A DNA stretch of 64,000 nt from a virus. The notes under the pieces were generated by a model. That model saw only the letters and a list, made by a program, of their open reading frames with translations, did no database searches and was not told the DNA's origin. A program made the position numbers and the translations under genes. Position 1 is the first letter of the stretch, and each line of letters opens with the position of its first letter. Shown here piece after piece: positions 9,450 through 19,451 of this stretch. Where the stretch lies: IMG/VR virus record IMGVR_UViG_3300045412_000547; one strand, 5' to 3'.

Positions 9450-10438
9450 AATATGCATTAGTATGTGGCGCAGGTGGTTTTATTGGAAACCATTTAGTAA
9501 ATAAATTAAAAGATCTTGGTTACTGGGTAAGAGGAGTAGATTTAAAATCTCCAGAATTTAGCAGTACAAATGCAGATGATTTTATTGTAGGTGATTTACG
9601 AGACAGACAAATAGTAAAAGATAGTTTATATGTATTGAAAGATAGCAATACAAACAGTAAAGAAATTTATGTAGATGAAATATATCAATTAGCTGCTGAT
9701 ATGGGCGGAGCAGGATATATTTTTACTGGTGATCATGATGCCGATGTAATGCATAATTCTGCATCGATTAATTTAAATGTTGTTGATCTGGCTACTAAAT
9801 TTAAAGTTAAAAAATTATTTTACAGTAGTAGTGCATGCATGTATCCGGAGCATAATCAATTGGACCCTGATAACCCAAATTGTGAAGAAAGCTCTGCATA
9901 CCCAGCTAATCCAGACAGCGAATACGGTTGGGAGAAATTATTTAGTGAACGTTTATATTTAGCTTATAAGCGAAATTATGGGTTAAACGTAAAGATTGCT
10001 CGTTTTCATAATATTTTTGGCCCGCTCGGCTCATGGAATAACGGAAAAGAGAAAGCTCCCGCTGCTATTTGTAGAAAAGTGGCCCAAGCAGTTGACGGGG
10101 GCGAAATTGAGATTTGGGGAGACGGTAATCAAACGAGAAGCTTTTTGTATGTTGATGAATGTTTAGATGGGATTATTAAATTAATGGAATCTAATTTTGA
10201 AGGCCCTGTAAATATAGGATCTGAAGAAAAAGTTTCTATTAATCAATTAGTAAATATTGTTTCTAAAATAGCAGGTAAAACTTTAATTAAAAAGCATATT
10301 AAAGGGCCTACAGGAGTAAGAGGTAGAAATTCAGATAATAAACTGATTAAAGAAAAAGTTGGATGGGCACCATCTCAACCTCTAGAAGTAGGCCTTAGTA
10401 AAACGTATGCTTGGATCAATAAAATGATATATGTATGA
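9446..10438 (+). CDS. GDP-mannose 3',5'-epimerase-like SDR
   Basis: GAGGFIG, QLAADMGGAGYI, YSSSACMYP, YGWEK, RFHNIFGP, EKAPAAICRK, GVRGRNSDN. Confidence 0.85.
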   Translation: MKYALVCGAGGFIGNHLVNKLKDLGYWVRGVDLKSPEFSSTNADDFIVGDLRDRQIVKDSLYVLKDSNTNSKEIYVDEIYQLAADMGGAGYIFTGDHDADVMHNSASINLNVVDLATKFKVKKLFYSSSACMYPEHNQLDPDNPNCEESSAYPANPDSEYGWEKLFSERLYLAYKRNYGLNVKIARFHNIFGPLGSWNNGKEKAPAAICRKVAQAVDGGEIEIWGDGNQTRSFLYVDECLDGIIKLMESNFEGPVNIGSEEKVSINQLVNIVSKIAGKTLIKKHIKGPTGVRGRNSDNKLIKEKVGWAPSQPLEVGLSKTYAWINKMIYV

Positions 10439-10492
10439 CTATTATTGAACTTATTTTTTTTATTGCAGTTCTTGCTTACCTTATTAAAATAA

Positions 10493-11095
10493 TTGGAGAA
10501 CATTAATGTGATTTCTGAAGACATTAAAATTTATGACGGTAGTTTAATTCACAGTCGCTTTGCTTATAAATTCTTCAAAGAACGTACATTACCTATTGGA
10601 AATATTCTAGCGTTTCGTGCGCCTATGAAAGTTGAAGCAGAAGGAATGATTGATACTGAGGACGTTTTAAATAATGATTTTATTTATAGTGAAGATGCTA
10701 TTAATTTTGTTTGGGAAATACCATATTTAGATCCTTTTGGCGCGGTTGCCTGGCAAAGACTGTTTAATACGCAGGTAGCAAATATTTTAAGTACTTCTTA
10801 CCTTAAGGCCCCTATTACTGTAGACGGAGACGATATGATCGTTCAGAAAGAGCATACTCAAGGCGGTGTCACCCAAACTAGTGGTAAATGCAGTGTGAGT
10901 ATAACTTATGTAAAGAACGGAACTGCGCTAGGTCATACAGGTATTAATATTAAAGCCGGTAAAAAAGCTCCTGCATTTGCTTTTTCTACTAATTTAGATG
11001 ATACCCAGGCTATCGGGCTTATGCAGGATGCAATAAAGCTTTTTTATACTTTAAACGATGATATTTTTATCGCTACTACTAAAGTTATCACTTGA
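10493..11095 (+). CDS. DUF366-like protein (LplA/BirA-like ligase fold)
   Basis: YDGSLIH, AFRAPMKV, MIDTED, QRLF, GDDM, KCSVSI, HTGINI match my recollection of DUF366. Confidence 0.65.
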   Translation: MENINVISEDIKIYDGSLIHSRFAYKFFKERTLPIGNILAFRAPMKVEAEGMIDTEDVLNNDFIYSEDAINFVWEIPYLDPFGAVAWQRLFNTQVANILSTSYLKAPITVDGDDMIVQKEHTQGGVTQTSGKCSVSITYVKNGTALGHTGINIKAGKKAPAFAFSTNLDDTQAIGLMQDAIKLFYTLNDDIFIATTKVIT

Positions 11096-11460
11096 GTACA
11101 ATTTTTGATTTTTTAAGCGATATTTTATTTACAAAAAATAAGACTGCATATAAGTCTATTGATGATAGTAAATCATTCTCACCATACCTCATAAATCGAT
11201 GGATTAGTATGTATTCTCCAGATTGTGCTTTAATGGTAAATAGCATTGGAAAATATATATCAACATTTGAAAACAAACTCGACTTTTACAATCTTTTAGT
11301 AGCTGTAATACCAAAAAAAGTTAGAAAAAATATAAGCTATGTAAAGAAAATTAAAGACGAGACAAAACCTAAAGAGGATAGTATTGATTTAGTTGGGCTT
11401 CTTAGTAAAAAACACGAAATTTCTAAAAGAGAAGTAAAGGAATATCTATCGATTGAATAA
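11092..11460 (+). CDS. gp62: Clamp-loader small subunit (T4 gp62-like)
   Basis: IFDFL..I, FSPYLINRWISM..DC, ISKREVKEYL pattern and size. Confidence 0.65.
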   Translation: MSTIFDFLSDILFTKNKTAYKSIDDSKSFSPYLINRWISMYSPDCALMVNSIGKYISTFENKLDFYNLLVAVIPKKVRKNISYVKKIKDETKPKEDSIDLVGLLSKKHEISKREVKEYLSIE

Positions 11461-11486
11461 ATAAAGCGCTCGCATAAGTCATTTTA

Positions 11487-11933
11487 ATGAGCGCGAATAT
11501 AGACTTATTATCTGTCAAAAAGTCATTAATTGACTTATCGGAGACACCTAAAAATTCATTTAATTCAGTTTTTACAGGTTATAATTTAAAAAAACTTTTA
11601 GATGATATTTTATTAGTAAAGTTTGTTGATGAAGCTGAGGACGGGGCTTCTATTATTAGAAACGGTATAGTTGTTCCTCTTAATACAGATACCCGTGCAT
11701 GGAGAATAGGAGAAGTTATACTTGCGGGCCCCAATATTAAATATACCCAGATTGGCGATTACGTATGCTTTCCTAACAATCTTGGAATACCGATAGCTAA
11801 TTTAGATGTAGATAATTATGGTACATTAAAAAAAGGAGTATTCCTAAATGAACAGAGAATTTTTGGTATTTGTTCATTAAGGAAAGATAATGAAAGTGTC
11901 GCTTCCCACATTAAAAAACGTTCTTCTAAGTAA
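11487..11933 (+). CDS. GroES-like co-chaperonin (likely capsid-folding cofactor)
   Basis: LDDILLV, GIVVP, GEVILAGP, IGDYVCFP, LNEQRIFG. Confidence 0.75.
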   Translation: MSANIDLLSVKKSLIDLSETPKNSFNSVFTGYNLKKLLDDILLVKFVDEAEDGASIIRNGIVVPLNTDTRAWRIGEVILAGPNIKYTQIGDYVCFPNNLGIPIANLDVDNYGTLKKGVFLNEQRIFGICSLRKDNESVASHIKKRSSK

Positions 11934-12267
11934 TGTGGGGGAAATAAAATTTATTCGTAGGAGACCAAAGCTTGGTTCTCCTCCTACTAGACGTATGCTT
12001 TGTACAAATAGTTTAAAGCTTTTAAATAGTACAGAAGGTAGACTTGCTTTAAATTATAGGCCTGCTATGCGTACTCCTCGTTTTAATCCTACAGAAAAAA
12101 ATCTTTTAATAACCTGGGACATCTTTATGCAGGATTATCGTTGTGTTAATATGTCAGCCTGCGAGCTTATTACATTTATACCTGCAGGTCAAGAGTTTTG
12201 GAAATACTTTAATGAAGTATTAGCCGGTATGTCTCAAAAACAAAAAATAGATTTTATGAACGCATGA
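11890..12267 (+). CDS. Hypothetical protein, WYL_2/DUF2693-like SH3-fold candidate
   Basis: EIKF.RR..RRMLCTN and TWDI..QDYR pattern. Confidence 0.45.
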   Translation: MKVSLPTLKNVLLSNVGEIKFIRRRPKLGSPPTRRMLCTNSLKLLNSTEGRLALNYRPAMRTPRFNPTEKNLLITWDIFMQDYRCVNMSACELITFIPAGQEFWKYFNEVLAGMSQKQKIDFMNA

Positions 12268-12611
12268 CATCTGTTGAACAAATAGAAAAAAGTGTAAATA
12301 ACTTTCTTCAAAAGAAAGTCAAATTTTTACTTGATACTAAGACTTTAAAAGAGGGTAAGATACTATTATTTTGTTTAAAAGATTTTTACTGTATTTTTAC
12401 GCTTATATCTGAGGTAAAAAATAATAAAAAAATATTATATGAGATCCCCTACCCTTTTAATATAGAAGTTTTTGATGAAAAAATAGTTTTTGATTATACG
12501 GTTGATACTTTTTGTAGAGGAGATAAGAATTTAAAAGATATTATTAATAGAATTAAGACAAAGAAACCTTTTAAACTTTTTAATAAAAAACTTACAATTT
12601 TATCTGTATAA
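12264..12611 (+). CDS. Hypothetical protein
   Basis: Coupled to upstream gene by ATGA overlap. Confidence 0.6.
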   Translation: MTSVEQIEKSVNNFLQKKVKFLLDTKTLKEGKILLFCLKDFYCIFTLISEVKNNKKILYEIPYPFNIEVFDEKIVFDYTVDTFCRGDKNLKDIINRIKTKKPFKLFNKKLTILSV

Positions 12612-12640
12612 TTTGAATTATAATAAGATATAATATTAAT

Positions 12641-14272
12641 GTGCTGAGTAGATATTTAGGTCACTTCCCAAAAGAATACAACCCTAGTTCCCAGCAAGTA
12701 AAATTAATTAAAGGTGTTGAGAGAGCGTTTAATAATAGTAAAAAATTTGTTGTTTGTAGTGCTCCAACGGGGTCGGGTAAAAGTTTTTTAGCTAAAACAT
12801 TATCCGGATTAAGTCAAAAACCTTCTACAGAATTTAAAAATTTAATTACTTCATATAAGGCTTATAAGCAAGATTACGTGGGTAATTATAATCATGAAGT
12901 AGAATGCTTATCGGAACCCCCATTCGGGACATTTGCTTTAACTATAACGAAATCACTTCAAGATCAGTATTTAAAATTATTTCCTGATACCGACTTATTA
13001 AAAGGCAAAACTAACTATGCCTGCAATGTAGATACAAGATTCGATGTTGAAACCGCCCCTTGTGTGTTTTTACCAAAGCTGAGGGACGATTGTTGGGAGA
13101 AAAACTTTTGTGCTTACTATACACAAAGAAACAAATCATTACTTTCCCAATTTTCAGTTTTAAACTATAAAATGTTTTTAAGTCTACCAAACCATGTGAA
13201 GCGGAAAAACTTTATTATTTGTGACGAAGCATCGGAATTAGAAGATGAGCTTGTTAAGAGATTTTCTGCAGAAATTATATATGATAAATTAAGAAATTAT
13301 GGTATAGAGTATAAGCCTATTATATCAGAAAACCGTGAAAGAGCGTTTAGCTGGACTAACGATTTAATTTTAACATTAAGCGAAAAAATAAATACACTCA
13401 TAGTAAAAGCATCTAAGAAAGAAGGAGCTTTATCACAGCCTGATCGCATAAAGCTTTTATATTTAAAAAATATTCACCGCTCGTTACTCACCGTAAATGC
13501 AAATTGGAGAGAAAGCGAATACATTGTCGATTTTGATGCAAAAAAAGTTTCATTTTTACCATTACGCGTAAATAGACTTTCCAAACATATCTTCGATTAT
13601 GCTGATAATATTTTGCTTATGTCTGCTACTATTATTGATCATAAAAATTTTGCACGGAGTCTAGGAATAGAAGATTATACGTATGTTGAGGTTGATAGTG
13701 ATTTTGATTCGCAAAAATCTCCTATATATGTAACATCAAAAAATAAGCTTAACTATAAAAATATAAAAAATGTTTTACCTGTTATTTGTGATCAAATAAA
13801 GTCTATTGTCAATCATCATATCACAGAAAAAGGAATTATACATACCCATTCTAATGAAATTACCGAAACATTAAAAACAAAACTTAAAGATAATTGCCGG
13901 TTTTTATTTCGCGATGATCTTACCAATAATGAAGAAATTTTAAAAGAGCATTTTGAATCGCATTTACCAACAATTTTAGTAAGCCCTTCTTTAGCATATG
14001 GTATAGATTTAAAAGACGACTTAGCGCGGTTTCAAATTATAGTAAAATTACCATATCCACCTTTATCATCTAAAAGAATTAAAAAACTTTTTGATTTAGA
14101 TAAAGATTGGTATGAAAATAAAATGCTAAATGCACTAGTACAGGCTTGCGGGCGTGCAACAAGAAGTAAGCAAGATTTTTCAACTACATACATACTGGAT
14201 GGTAATATTTTTAATACACTTAAACGCGTAAAAGTCAAACTTCCGAAATATTTTATAGATAGAATTTGTTAA
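12641..14272 (+). CDS. DinG/Rad3-like SF2 helicase
   Basis: APTGSGKS, KSLQDQY, KGKTNYAC with further Cys (FeS-like), DEAS, MSAT, GIDL, QACGRATRSKQD. Confidence 0.85.
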   Translation: MLSRYLGHFPKEYNPSSQQVKLIKGVERAFNNSKKFVVCSAPTGSGKSFLAKTLSGLSQKPSTEFKNLITSYKAYKQDYVGNYNHEVECLSEPPFGTFALTITKSLQDQYLKLFPDTDLLKGKTNYACNVDTRFDVETAPCVFLPKLRDDCWEKNFCAYYTQRNKSLLSQFSVLNYKMFLSLPNHVKRKNFIICDEASELEDELVKRFSAEIIYDKLRNYGIEYKPIISENRERAFSWTNDLILTLSEKINTLIVKASKKEGALSQPDRIKLLYLKNIHRSLLTVNANWRESEYIVDFDAKKVSFLPLRVNRLSKHIFDYADNILLMSATIIDHKNFARSLGIEDYTYVEVDSDFDSQKSPIYVTSKNKLNYKNIKNVLPVICDQIKSIVNHHITEKGIIHTHSNEITETLKTKLKDNCRFLFRDDLTNNEEILKEHFESHLPTILVSPSLAYGIDLKDDLARFQIIVKLPYPPLSSKRIKKLFDLDKDWYENKMLNALVQACGRATRSKQDFSTTYILDGNIFNTLKRVKVKLPKYFIDRIC

Positions 14273-14280
14273 ATAATAAA

Positions 14281-15054
14281 GTGAGGAACCGTACATTTAA
14301 TTTCGAGGTAAAGGACCTTGTTACTCAGTTCGTTGCGGCTTTTGACGATATTATTATCAAAAGATACGACAAGAATAGGGTAGCCCAAAGTTTACTTCAA
14401 GTCAGATATGTTTATTCCCCAAAACAAAGAGTAATGTACGATTTGGTCAACAAGGCGCAGAACATAACGGTACCAGTTGTTGCTATAAGCATTTCAAACG
14501 TTGCAAGAGACGAAACTCGTGTTTTTAATAAATTGGCTGGTTTTAATTTCCCTGGGTCAAATTTAAATGTTAAGTCTAATTTTTTAGCTAGCCCAATACC
14601 TATTAACATAACTGTCAATATGTCTATCCTTTCAAAGTTTCAATCTGATATGGATCAGATTATTTCAAACTTTGTACCTTACAACAACCCCTATATAATA
14701 ATATCTTGGAAAATACCATCTGATTTACTAAGTCAAAAACAAGAGATTAGAAGTGAAATATTGTGGAGCGGTAGTATTAATCTTACTTACCCTACTGATA
14801 TAAATGCATCAGAAAAATATAAGATTGTTGGTGATACTTCATTTACAATAAAAGGTTGGATGTTTCAAGTTAAACAGCAAGATGTGGGCAATATCTATCA
14901 AATTGATACTCACTTCCACGCTCAAAGAAATGTTCCACTTTATGATGATGTTACTACATTAATGATGGGTACAAGTACATTGTCTGAAACCGAATCATTT
15001 AGTCTATCTGGTAGCCCTCTTATTACAGATGTTATATACTCATACCCGGGGTGA
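14281..15054 (+). CDS. gp15: Tail sheath stabiliser/completion protein
   Basis: FVAAFDDIIIKRYD, VYSPKQR, DMDQIISNFVPYNNP, FTIKGWMF; TAAATA 5 nt upstream of GTG. Confidence 0.75.
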   Translation: MRNRTFNFEVKDLVTQFVAAFDDIIIKRYDKNRVAQSLLQVRYVYSPKQRVMYDLVNKAQNITVPVVAISISNVARDETRVFNKLAGFNFPGSNLNVKSNFLASPIPINITVNMSILSKFQSDMDQIISNFVPYNNPYIIISWKIPSDLLSQKQEIRSEILWSGSINLTYPTDINASEKYKIVGDTSFTIKGWMFQVKQQDVGNIYQIDTHFHAQRNVPLYDDVTTLMMGTSTLSETESFSLSGSPLITDVIYSYPG

Positions 15055-15096
15055 TGTTTATACCTTTATGTTTGAATACTTTTAATAAATAATATT

Positions 15097-16890
15097 ATGG
15101 CTGATTCCAATAGGGAAAGTACGTTTGGTCGGGACTTAATGAAGTTTATTTCGAATAAGCTTCCTTACAAAGAACTCTCTCTTGCTGATAAAATTAACGA
15201 TCTTAATCCCAAGTACAATCTATTTTTTGATAAAGGTACAAAGAAAAGCGAAGCTTTAGCAAGACAAAGTGTTTCATCATCTGTCTTATATACAGATGAC
15301 CTTGTAGCCAATGTCTTACAAAATAAAGATTATCACGAATTCATGTATGCAAACATACAACCGGATAAATCTCGCCGGTTAATGGATTATCGCGTTATGG
15401 CAGCTTTTTCAGAAGTTGCTAACGCTTTGGATGAAATATGTGATGAATTTATTAATAAGGATGATAATGGAGAAATAGTAAAGTTAAAATTTCGTGATGT
15501 AAATTTATCAGAAGACGTAAAGCAAGAAATTAAAAAAGAGTTTCAAAAATATATAGGTTATTTTGATTTAGAACATAACGGTTGGGAGTATGTAAGACAA
15601 ATGCTCGTAGATGCAGAGATATATTTTGAACATATTATTCATAAAAAATTTCCCGAAGAAGGTGTTCTTGGCGTAATACAAATACCCTCCGATCTAATTG
15701 ATCCTATTTTTGGTAACGTACAAAACATGTTGATTAAGGGTTATCTTTTAAAGAAGCCTGTTTTTGATTTAAAGAATCCAACTAAGATTATTAAAACTGA
15801 ATTTGTACCTATGGACGTTAATCAAGTAACGTACATTAATTCAGGCATATGGAATGAAAGCAAAACTGTTCGTCTTCCTTTTATAGAAAATGCGCGCCGA
15901 GCATATCGCCAGCTTAGCCTTATAGAAGATTCTATCGTTATTTATAGACTTGTCAGGGCTCCGGAGCGGTTAGTTTTTAATGTTGATGTAGGTAATATGC
16001 CCCCTCCAAAAGCAGAAGCTTACTTAAGAAAGCTTATGCAACAATATTGGAGTAAAAAAACTTTTGATGCTGATCAAGCAGCCACCGTTCAAAAATTTAA
16101 CCCTCAATCAATGTTAGATAGTTTTTGGTTTGCTAAAAGAGCGGGCAGTGAAGGCACTACAGTTACGCCTTTACCTGGTGGCCAGAACCTTGGTGAACTT
16201 ACAGATTTGATGTATTTTGTTCAAAAATTATACAAAGCTTTAAAAGTACCGGTTACGAGAATTAACCCAGAAGACACATACAAAGATGGCGCTGATATTC
16301 TTAGAGAAGAGTTAAAATTTGCTCGATTTATTATAAGGCTACAACAAACTTTTACATCAGGTTTCAAAAACGGCTTTATTACTCATTTAAAGCTTAAAAA
16401 ACTTTGGGAAAAACATGAATTAAAAGAAACACATTTAGATTTATATTTTAATGTTCCAACTAACTTTTATGAGTTAAGGGAAAACCAAAAATTTCAATTA
16501 AAAGCTGAAAACTTTAATGCTATCACTCAGAGTGAATTAGTATCTAAAACTTATGCTCAAAAGAAATACCTTGGTTGGTCTGAAACAGACATTATGGCAA
16601 ATAGAGAATTTTTACGCAAAGATAGAGAATTGCTTTGGGAGTTAGATCAGATTACACAAGGCGGTCCGGATTGGAGAGAGGGTGGGGTAGCTGCCGCGGG
16701 TGGTGGTCAACCATCTGAAGGTGGCGGTGCGTTAGGCGGCCCTAGCGGGTTACCACCGGCCCCTCCTGAATTTGGACCTGGCCCGGGACCTGAAGCTGGT
16801 GGCGCGCCTCCTGCAGGCGGTGCACCGACCCCTGGCGGAGCAGCTCCTGCCGGGGGGGCTGGAGGAGCAGGAGGGCCTACACCGGCTTAA
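15097..16890 (+). CDS. gp20: Portal vertex protein with Gly/Pro/Ala-rich C-terminal tail
   Basis: YRVMA, IEDSIVIYRLVRAPERLVFNVDVGNMP, LPGGQNLG, REELKFARFI. Confidence 0.95.
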   Translation: MADSNRESTFGRDLMKFISNKLPYKELSLADKINDLNPKYNLFFDKGTKKSEALARQSVSSSVLYTDDLVANVLQNKDYHEFMYANIQPDKSRRLMDYRVMAAFSEVANALDEICDEFINKDDNGEIVKLKFRDVNLSEDVKQEIKKEFQKYIGYFDLEHNGWEYVRQMLVDAEIYFEHIIHKKFPEEGVLGVIQIPSDLIDPIFGNVQNMLIKGYLLKKPVFDLKNPTKIIKTEFVPMDVNQVTYINSGIWNESKTVRLPFIENARRAYRQLSLIEDSIVIYRLVRAPERLVFNVDVGNMPPPKAEAYLRKLMQQYWSKKTFDADQAATVQKFNPQSMLDSFWFAKRAGSEGTTVTPLPGGQNLGELTDLMYFVQKLYKALKVPVTRINPEDTYKDGADILREELKFARFIIRLQQTFTSGFKNGFITHLKLKKLWEKHELKETHLDLYFNVPTNFYELRENQKFQLKAENFNAITQSELVSKTYAQKKYLGWSETDIMANREFLRKDRELLWELDQITQGGPDWREGGVAAAGGGQPSEGGGALGGPSGLPPAPPEFGPGPGPEAGGAPPAGGAPTPGGAAPAGGAGGAGGPTPA

Positions 16891-16894
16891 TTAA

Positions 16895-17974
16895 ATGGAT
16901 TGCTCCTCTGTAACACCTATTTCAGCTTTTCAAAGTACAAATCTTAATAGTAAGATTGATTCATTTTCCCGTCTAGGTAATCGTATTAGCCGGTCTATGG
17001 GCGCTCCTATGGTAAATTTGGAGATACATCAAGATCAATTAAATGAAAATATAGCTATTGCCTGTGAAATGTTTGCTAAATTTGCCGGTTATACACAAGA
17101 AACTTTAGTATTTGATTCAGATCTTTATAAAGATGGAAAGGGATTAAAGCTTGACGAGTTATTTAGTATTACACCCAATTTTAATCGGGTTAATGATCCT
17201 TCTAAACCAGTTTATGTAGCAAATATCTCTCTACCTGCAGCTATTTTTTTATCATCAACTTCTCTTTCTTCCACTTACTTGGATGGTATTTTTAAAAATC
17301 AAATTTTAACACAAACAAATTTTCTATCAGTTATCAATTTTAACAATTCTTTATTATCTGCTTTTACACCTTCATCAAATATAAATGCTGAAAAAATAGT
17401 TAACAGCTTTGACTATGATATTATGGATTATAGAAAAGTTATTGACGTTTACGATTTTGAAGAAGGAACATCTACGGGTATAAACACGCTATTTACTATT
17501 GAGCAAACTTTAGCGCAACAAACATATTTTAGTTACGCTATGGGCAACTATGGTTTTGATTTAATTAGTTGGTATGTTTTGAAACAATGGTTAGATATTA
17601 GAGAAAACATGTTAGCAATAAAAAGAGCGGTCAATTTTGATGAACGTACACAATATCTAACCATGAACCCTCCACCACGCACGCCGGGATCAGGCTCTCG
17701 GTTTTATGGAGTCGTTGGTTGCTATGTTGAAAGACCTTTAAGGGACTTAATAAAAGAACCTTGGGTATATCAATATGCTCTAGCTTTATCAAAAATAGCT
17801 ATTGGTAACGTTCGTGGAAAATACACAGGTACTACATTATTTGGAGGAGGGCAAATTAATTCTAATGATTTACTAAGTCAAGGTCTTAAAGAAAAAGAGG
17901 AATTAGAGCGAAAGCTTTACGAAGGTGCACCAGGTTTAGGCGATGCAGCACCACCTGCGTTTTTTGTCGGGTAA
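16895..17974 (+). CDS. gp13: Neck protein
   Basis: MGAPMVNLEI..DQL; WVYQYALAL...GKYTGTTLFGGGQIN. Confidence 0.85.
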   Translation: MDCSSVTPISAFQSTNLNSKIDSFSRLGNRISRSMGAPMVNLEIHQDQLNENIAIACEMFAKFAGYTQETLVFDSDLYKDGKGLKLDELFSITPNFNRVNDPSKPVYVANISLPAAIFLSSTSLSSTYLDGIFKNQILTQTNFLSVINFNNSLLSAFTPSSNINAEKIVNSFDYDIMDYRKVIDVYDFEEGTSTGINTLFTIEQTLAQQTYFSYAMGNYGFDLISWYVLKQWLDIRENMLAIKRAVNFDERTQYLTMNPPPRTPGSGSRFYGVVGCYVERPLRDLIKEPWVYQYALALSKIAIGNVRGKYTGTTLFGGGQINSNDLLSQGLKEKEELERKLYEGAPGLGDAAPPAFFVG

Positions 17975-17975
17975 A

Positions 17976-18434
17976 ATGCGCCCTATTCAAAAAAACGATA
18001 ATTTTAGACAAGGTTTATTTAAGCCAAAAAACCCGCAAAAATATCTTGGCAAAGGCATGCCTGTATATAGGTCCGGTTGGGAACTTAAATTTTTTAGATG
18101 GTGTGATGACAACCCTAATGTTCTAGAATGGGCCAGTGAGTCTGTAATCATTCCATATGTAAGCCCAATCGATCAAAAAGTACATAGATATTATACAGAC
18201 GGTATAATTGCTATAAAAGAACAAGATAATATTAAAAAATATATTATTGAAATTAAGCCTAGTAAGCAAACAGTCAAACCAGAAAATTCAAATAGAAAAA
18301 AAATGTCGACAAAAATATATGAGGCTACAAGGTATGTACAAAATACAGCTAAATGGGAGGCTGCTAAAAAATGGTGTGAAAAAAAGGGTTATAAATTTTT
18401 AATCCTTACTGAGAAAGAATTAGGAATTAGATAG
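17976..18434 (+). CDS. gp4: Head completion nuclease (TnsA-like)
   Basis: FKPKNPQKYLG, YRSGWELKFF..CD, WASE, HRYYTD, IEIKP, KWEAA. Confidence 0.9.
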   Translation: MRPIQKNDNFRQGLFKPKNPQKYLGKGMPVYRSGWELKFFRWCDDNPNVLEWASESVIIPYVSPIDQKVHRYYTDGIIAIKEQDNIKKYIIEIKPSKQTVKPENSNRKKMSTKIYEATRYVQNTAKWEAAKKWCEKKGYKFLILTEKELGIR

Positions 18435-18455
18435 TATAAAGAATAAATATTTTAT

Positions 18456-19127
18456 ATGGCTTTTAGACTACTTGTAGAAACACCAGCTCCGGACGAGCAA
18501 TTTGAGTATATTGTTGAGGAAAAGAACCCTAAAGAACCATCTAAATTGTATATTTCTGGGCCTTACATGATGTGTGAAACTATTAATAAAAATCTGCGTA
18601 AATATAGTAAAGATGACATGACGCGGGAAGTTAATCGTTATGTTAAGGAAATGGTTGAACCTAAAAGGGCCATGGGTGAATTAAATCACCCTACATCTGC
18701 AGAAGTAAATTTAGAACGCGCTTGTCATATGGTTACAGAACTTAAAATGCAAGACAATTTTGTATTTGGAAAATCCCAAGTACTTTCTACTCCAATGGGA
18801 TTATTAGTTCGTTCTCTTATTAATGATGGTGCAAGAGTTGGCATGTCTAGCCGTGCCTTGGGTAAGCTTGTAGAGGAAAAAAATGGAATTAATCTTGTTC
18901 AAGATATGAGATTAATTGCTATAGATTGTGTTGCTGATCCGTCGTGTCCTAAAGCTTTTGTTAATGGTATTTTAGAAAGCAAAGAATTTGTTTTAAAAGC
19001 TGACGGTAGCTTAGAAGAGTTTTATGGTAAGTTTGAGCAAGCAGTTTCAAATTTACCCAAAAAAGAAGTTGCCCACTATTTAAAGGAACAAATTATGTCT
19101 TTCTTTAAATCTCTTGGAAATCATTAA
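18456..19127 (+). CDS. gp21: Prohead core protease
   Basis: NKNLRKY, GELNHP, GMSSRALG, DCVADPS. Confidence 0.93.
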   Translation: MAFRLLVETPAPDEQFEYIVEEKNPKEPSKLYISGPYMMCETINKNLRKYSKDDMTREVNRYVKEMVEPKRAMGELNHPTSAEVNLERACHMVTELKMQDNFVFGKSQVLSTPMGLLVRSLINDGARVGMSSRALGKLVEEKNGINLVQDMRLIAIDCVADPSCPKAFVNGILESKEFVLKADGSLEEFYGKFEQAVSNLPKKEVAHYLKEQIMSFFKSLGNH

Positions 19128-19148
19128 CAATAGCAATAAATAATAAAA

Positions 19149-19451
19149 ATGAGCAAAGCTAAAAAAAAGACAGTTTCGCAGGATGAAATTGACGTAAAAA
19201 AGTCGGATCTGGATAAAGATGGTAAATTGTCAAAATATGAAAAGGCGAGAGGTAAAGCTATTGATAAAGCTAGAGGCGGAAACGGCAAAATGCCTAAAAA
19301 GACGAATAATGAAAGTATAAGCGTTGTAAGGTTTTTACAGCAACTTTCTCAAAAAAATTATGCCGAGGCTAATAAATATTTAAGCGAGGTTGTAGATTCA
19401 AAGTTAAAGACTAAGATTCAAACAGCCTTGAAGAACAAATTATTTAAATGA
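19149..19451 (+). CDS. Small head-associated late protein
   Basis: Between gp21 and gp22; TAAATA upstream; DLDKDGKLSKYE loop. Confidence 0.6.
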   Translation: MSKAKKKTVSQDEIDVKKSDLDKDGKLSKYEKARGKAIDKARGGNGKMPKKTNNESISVVRFLQQLSQKNYAEANKYLSEVVDSKLKTKIQTALKNKLFK

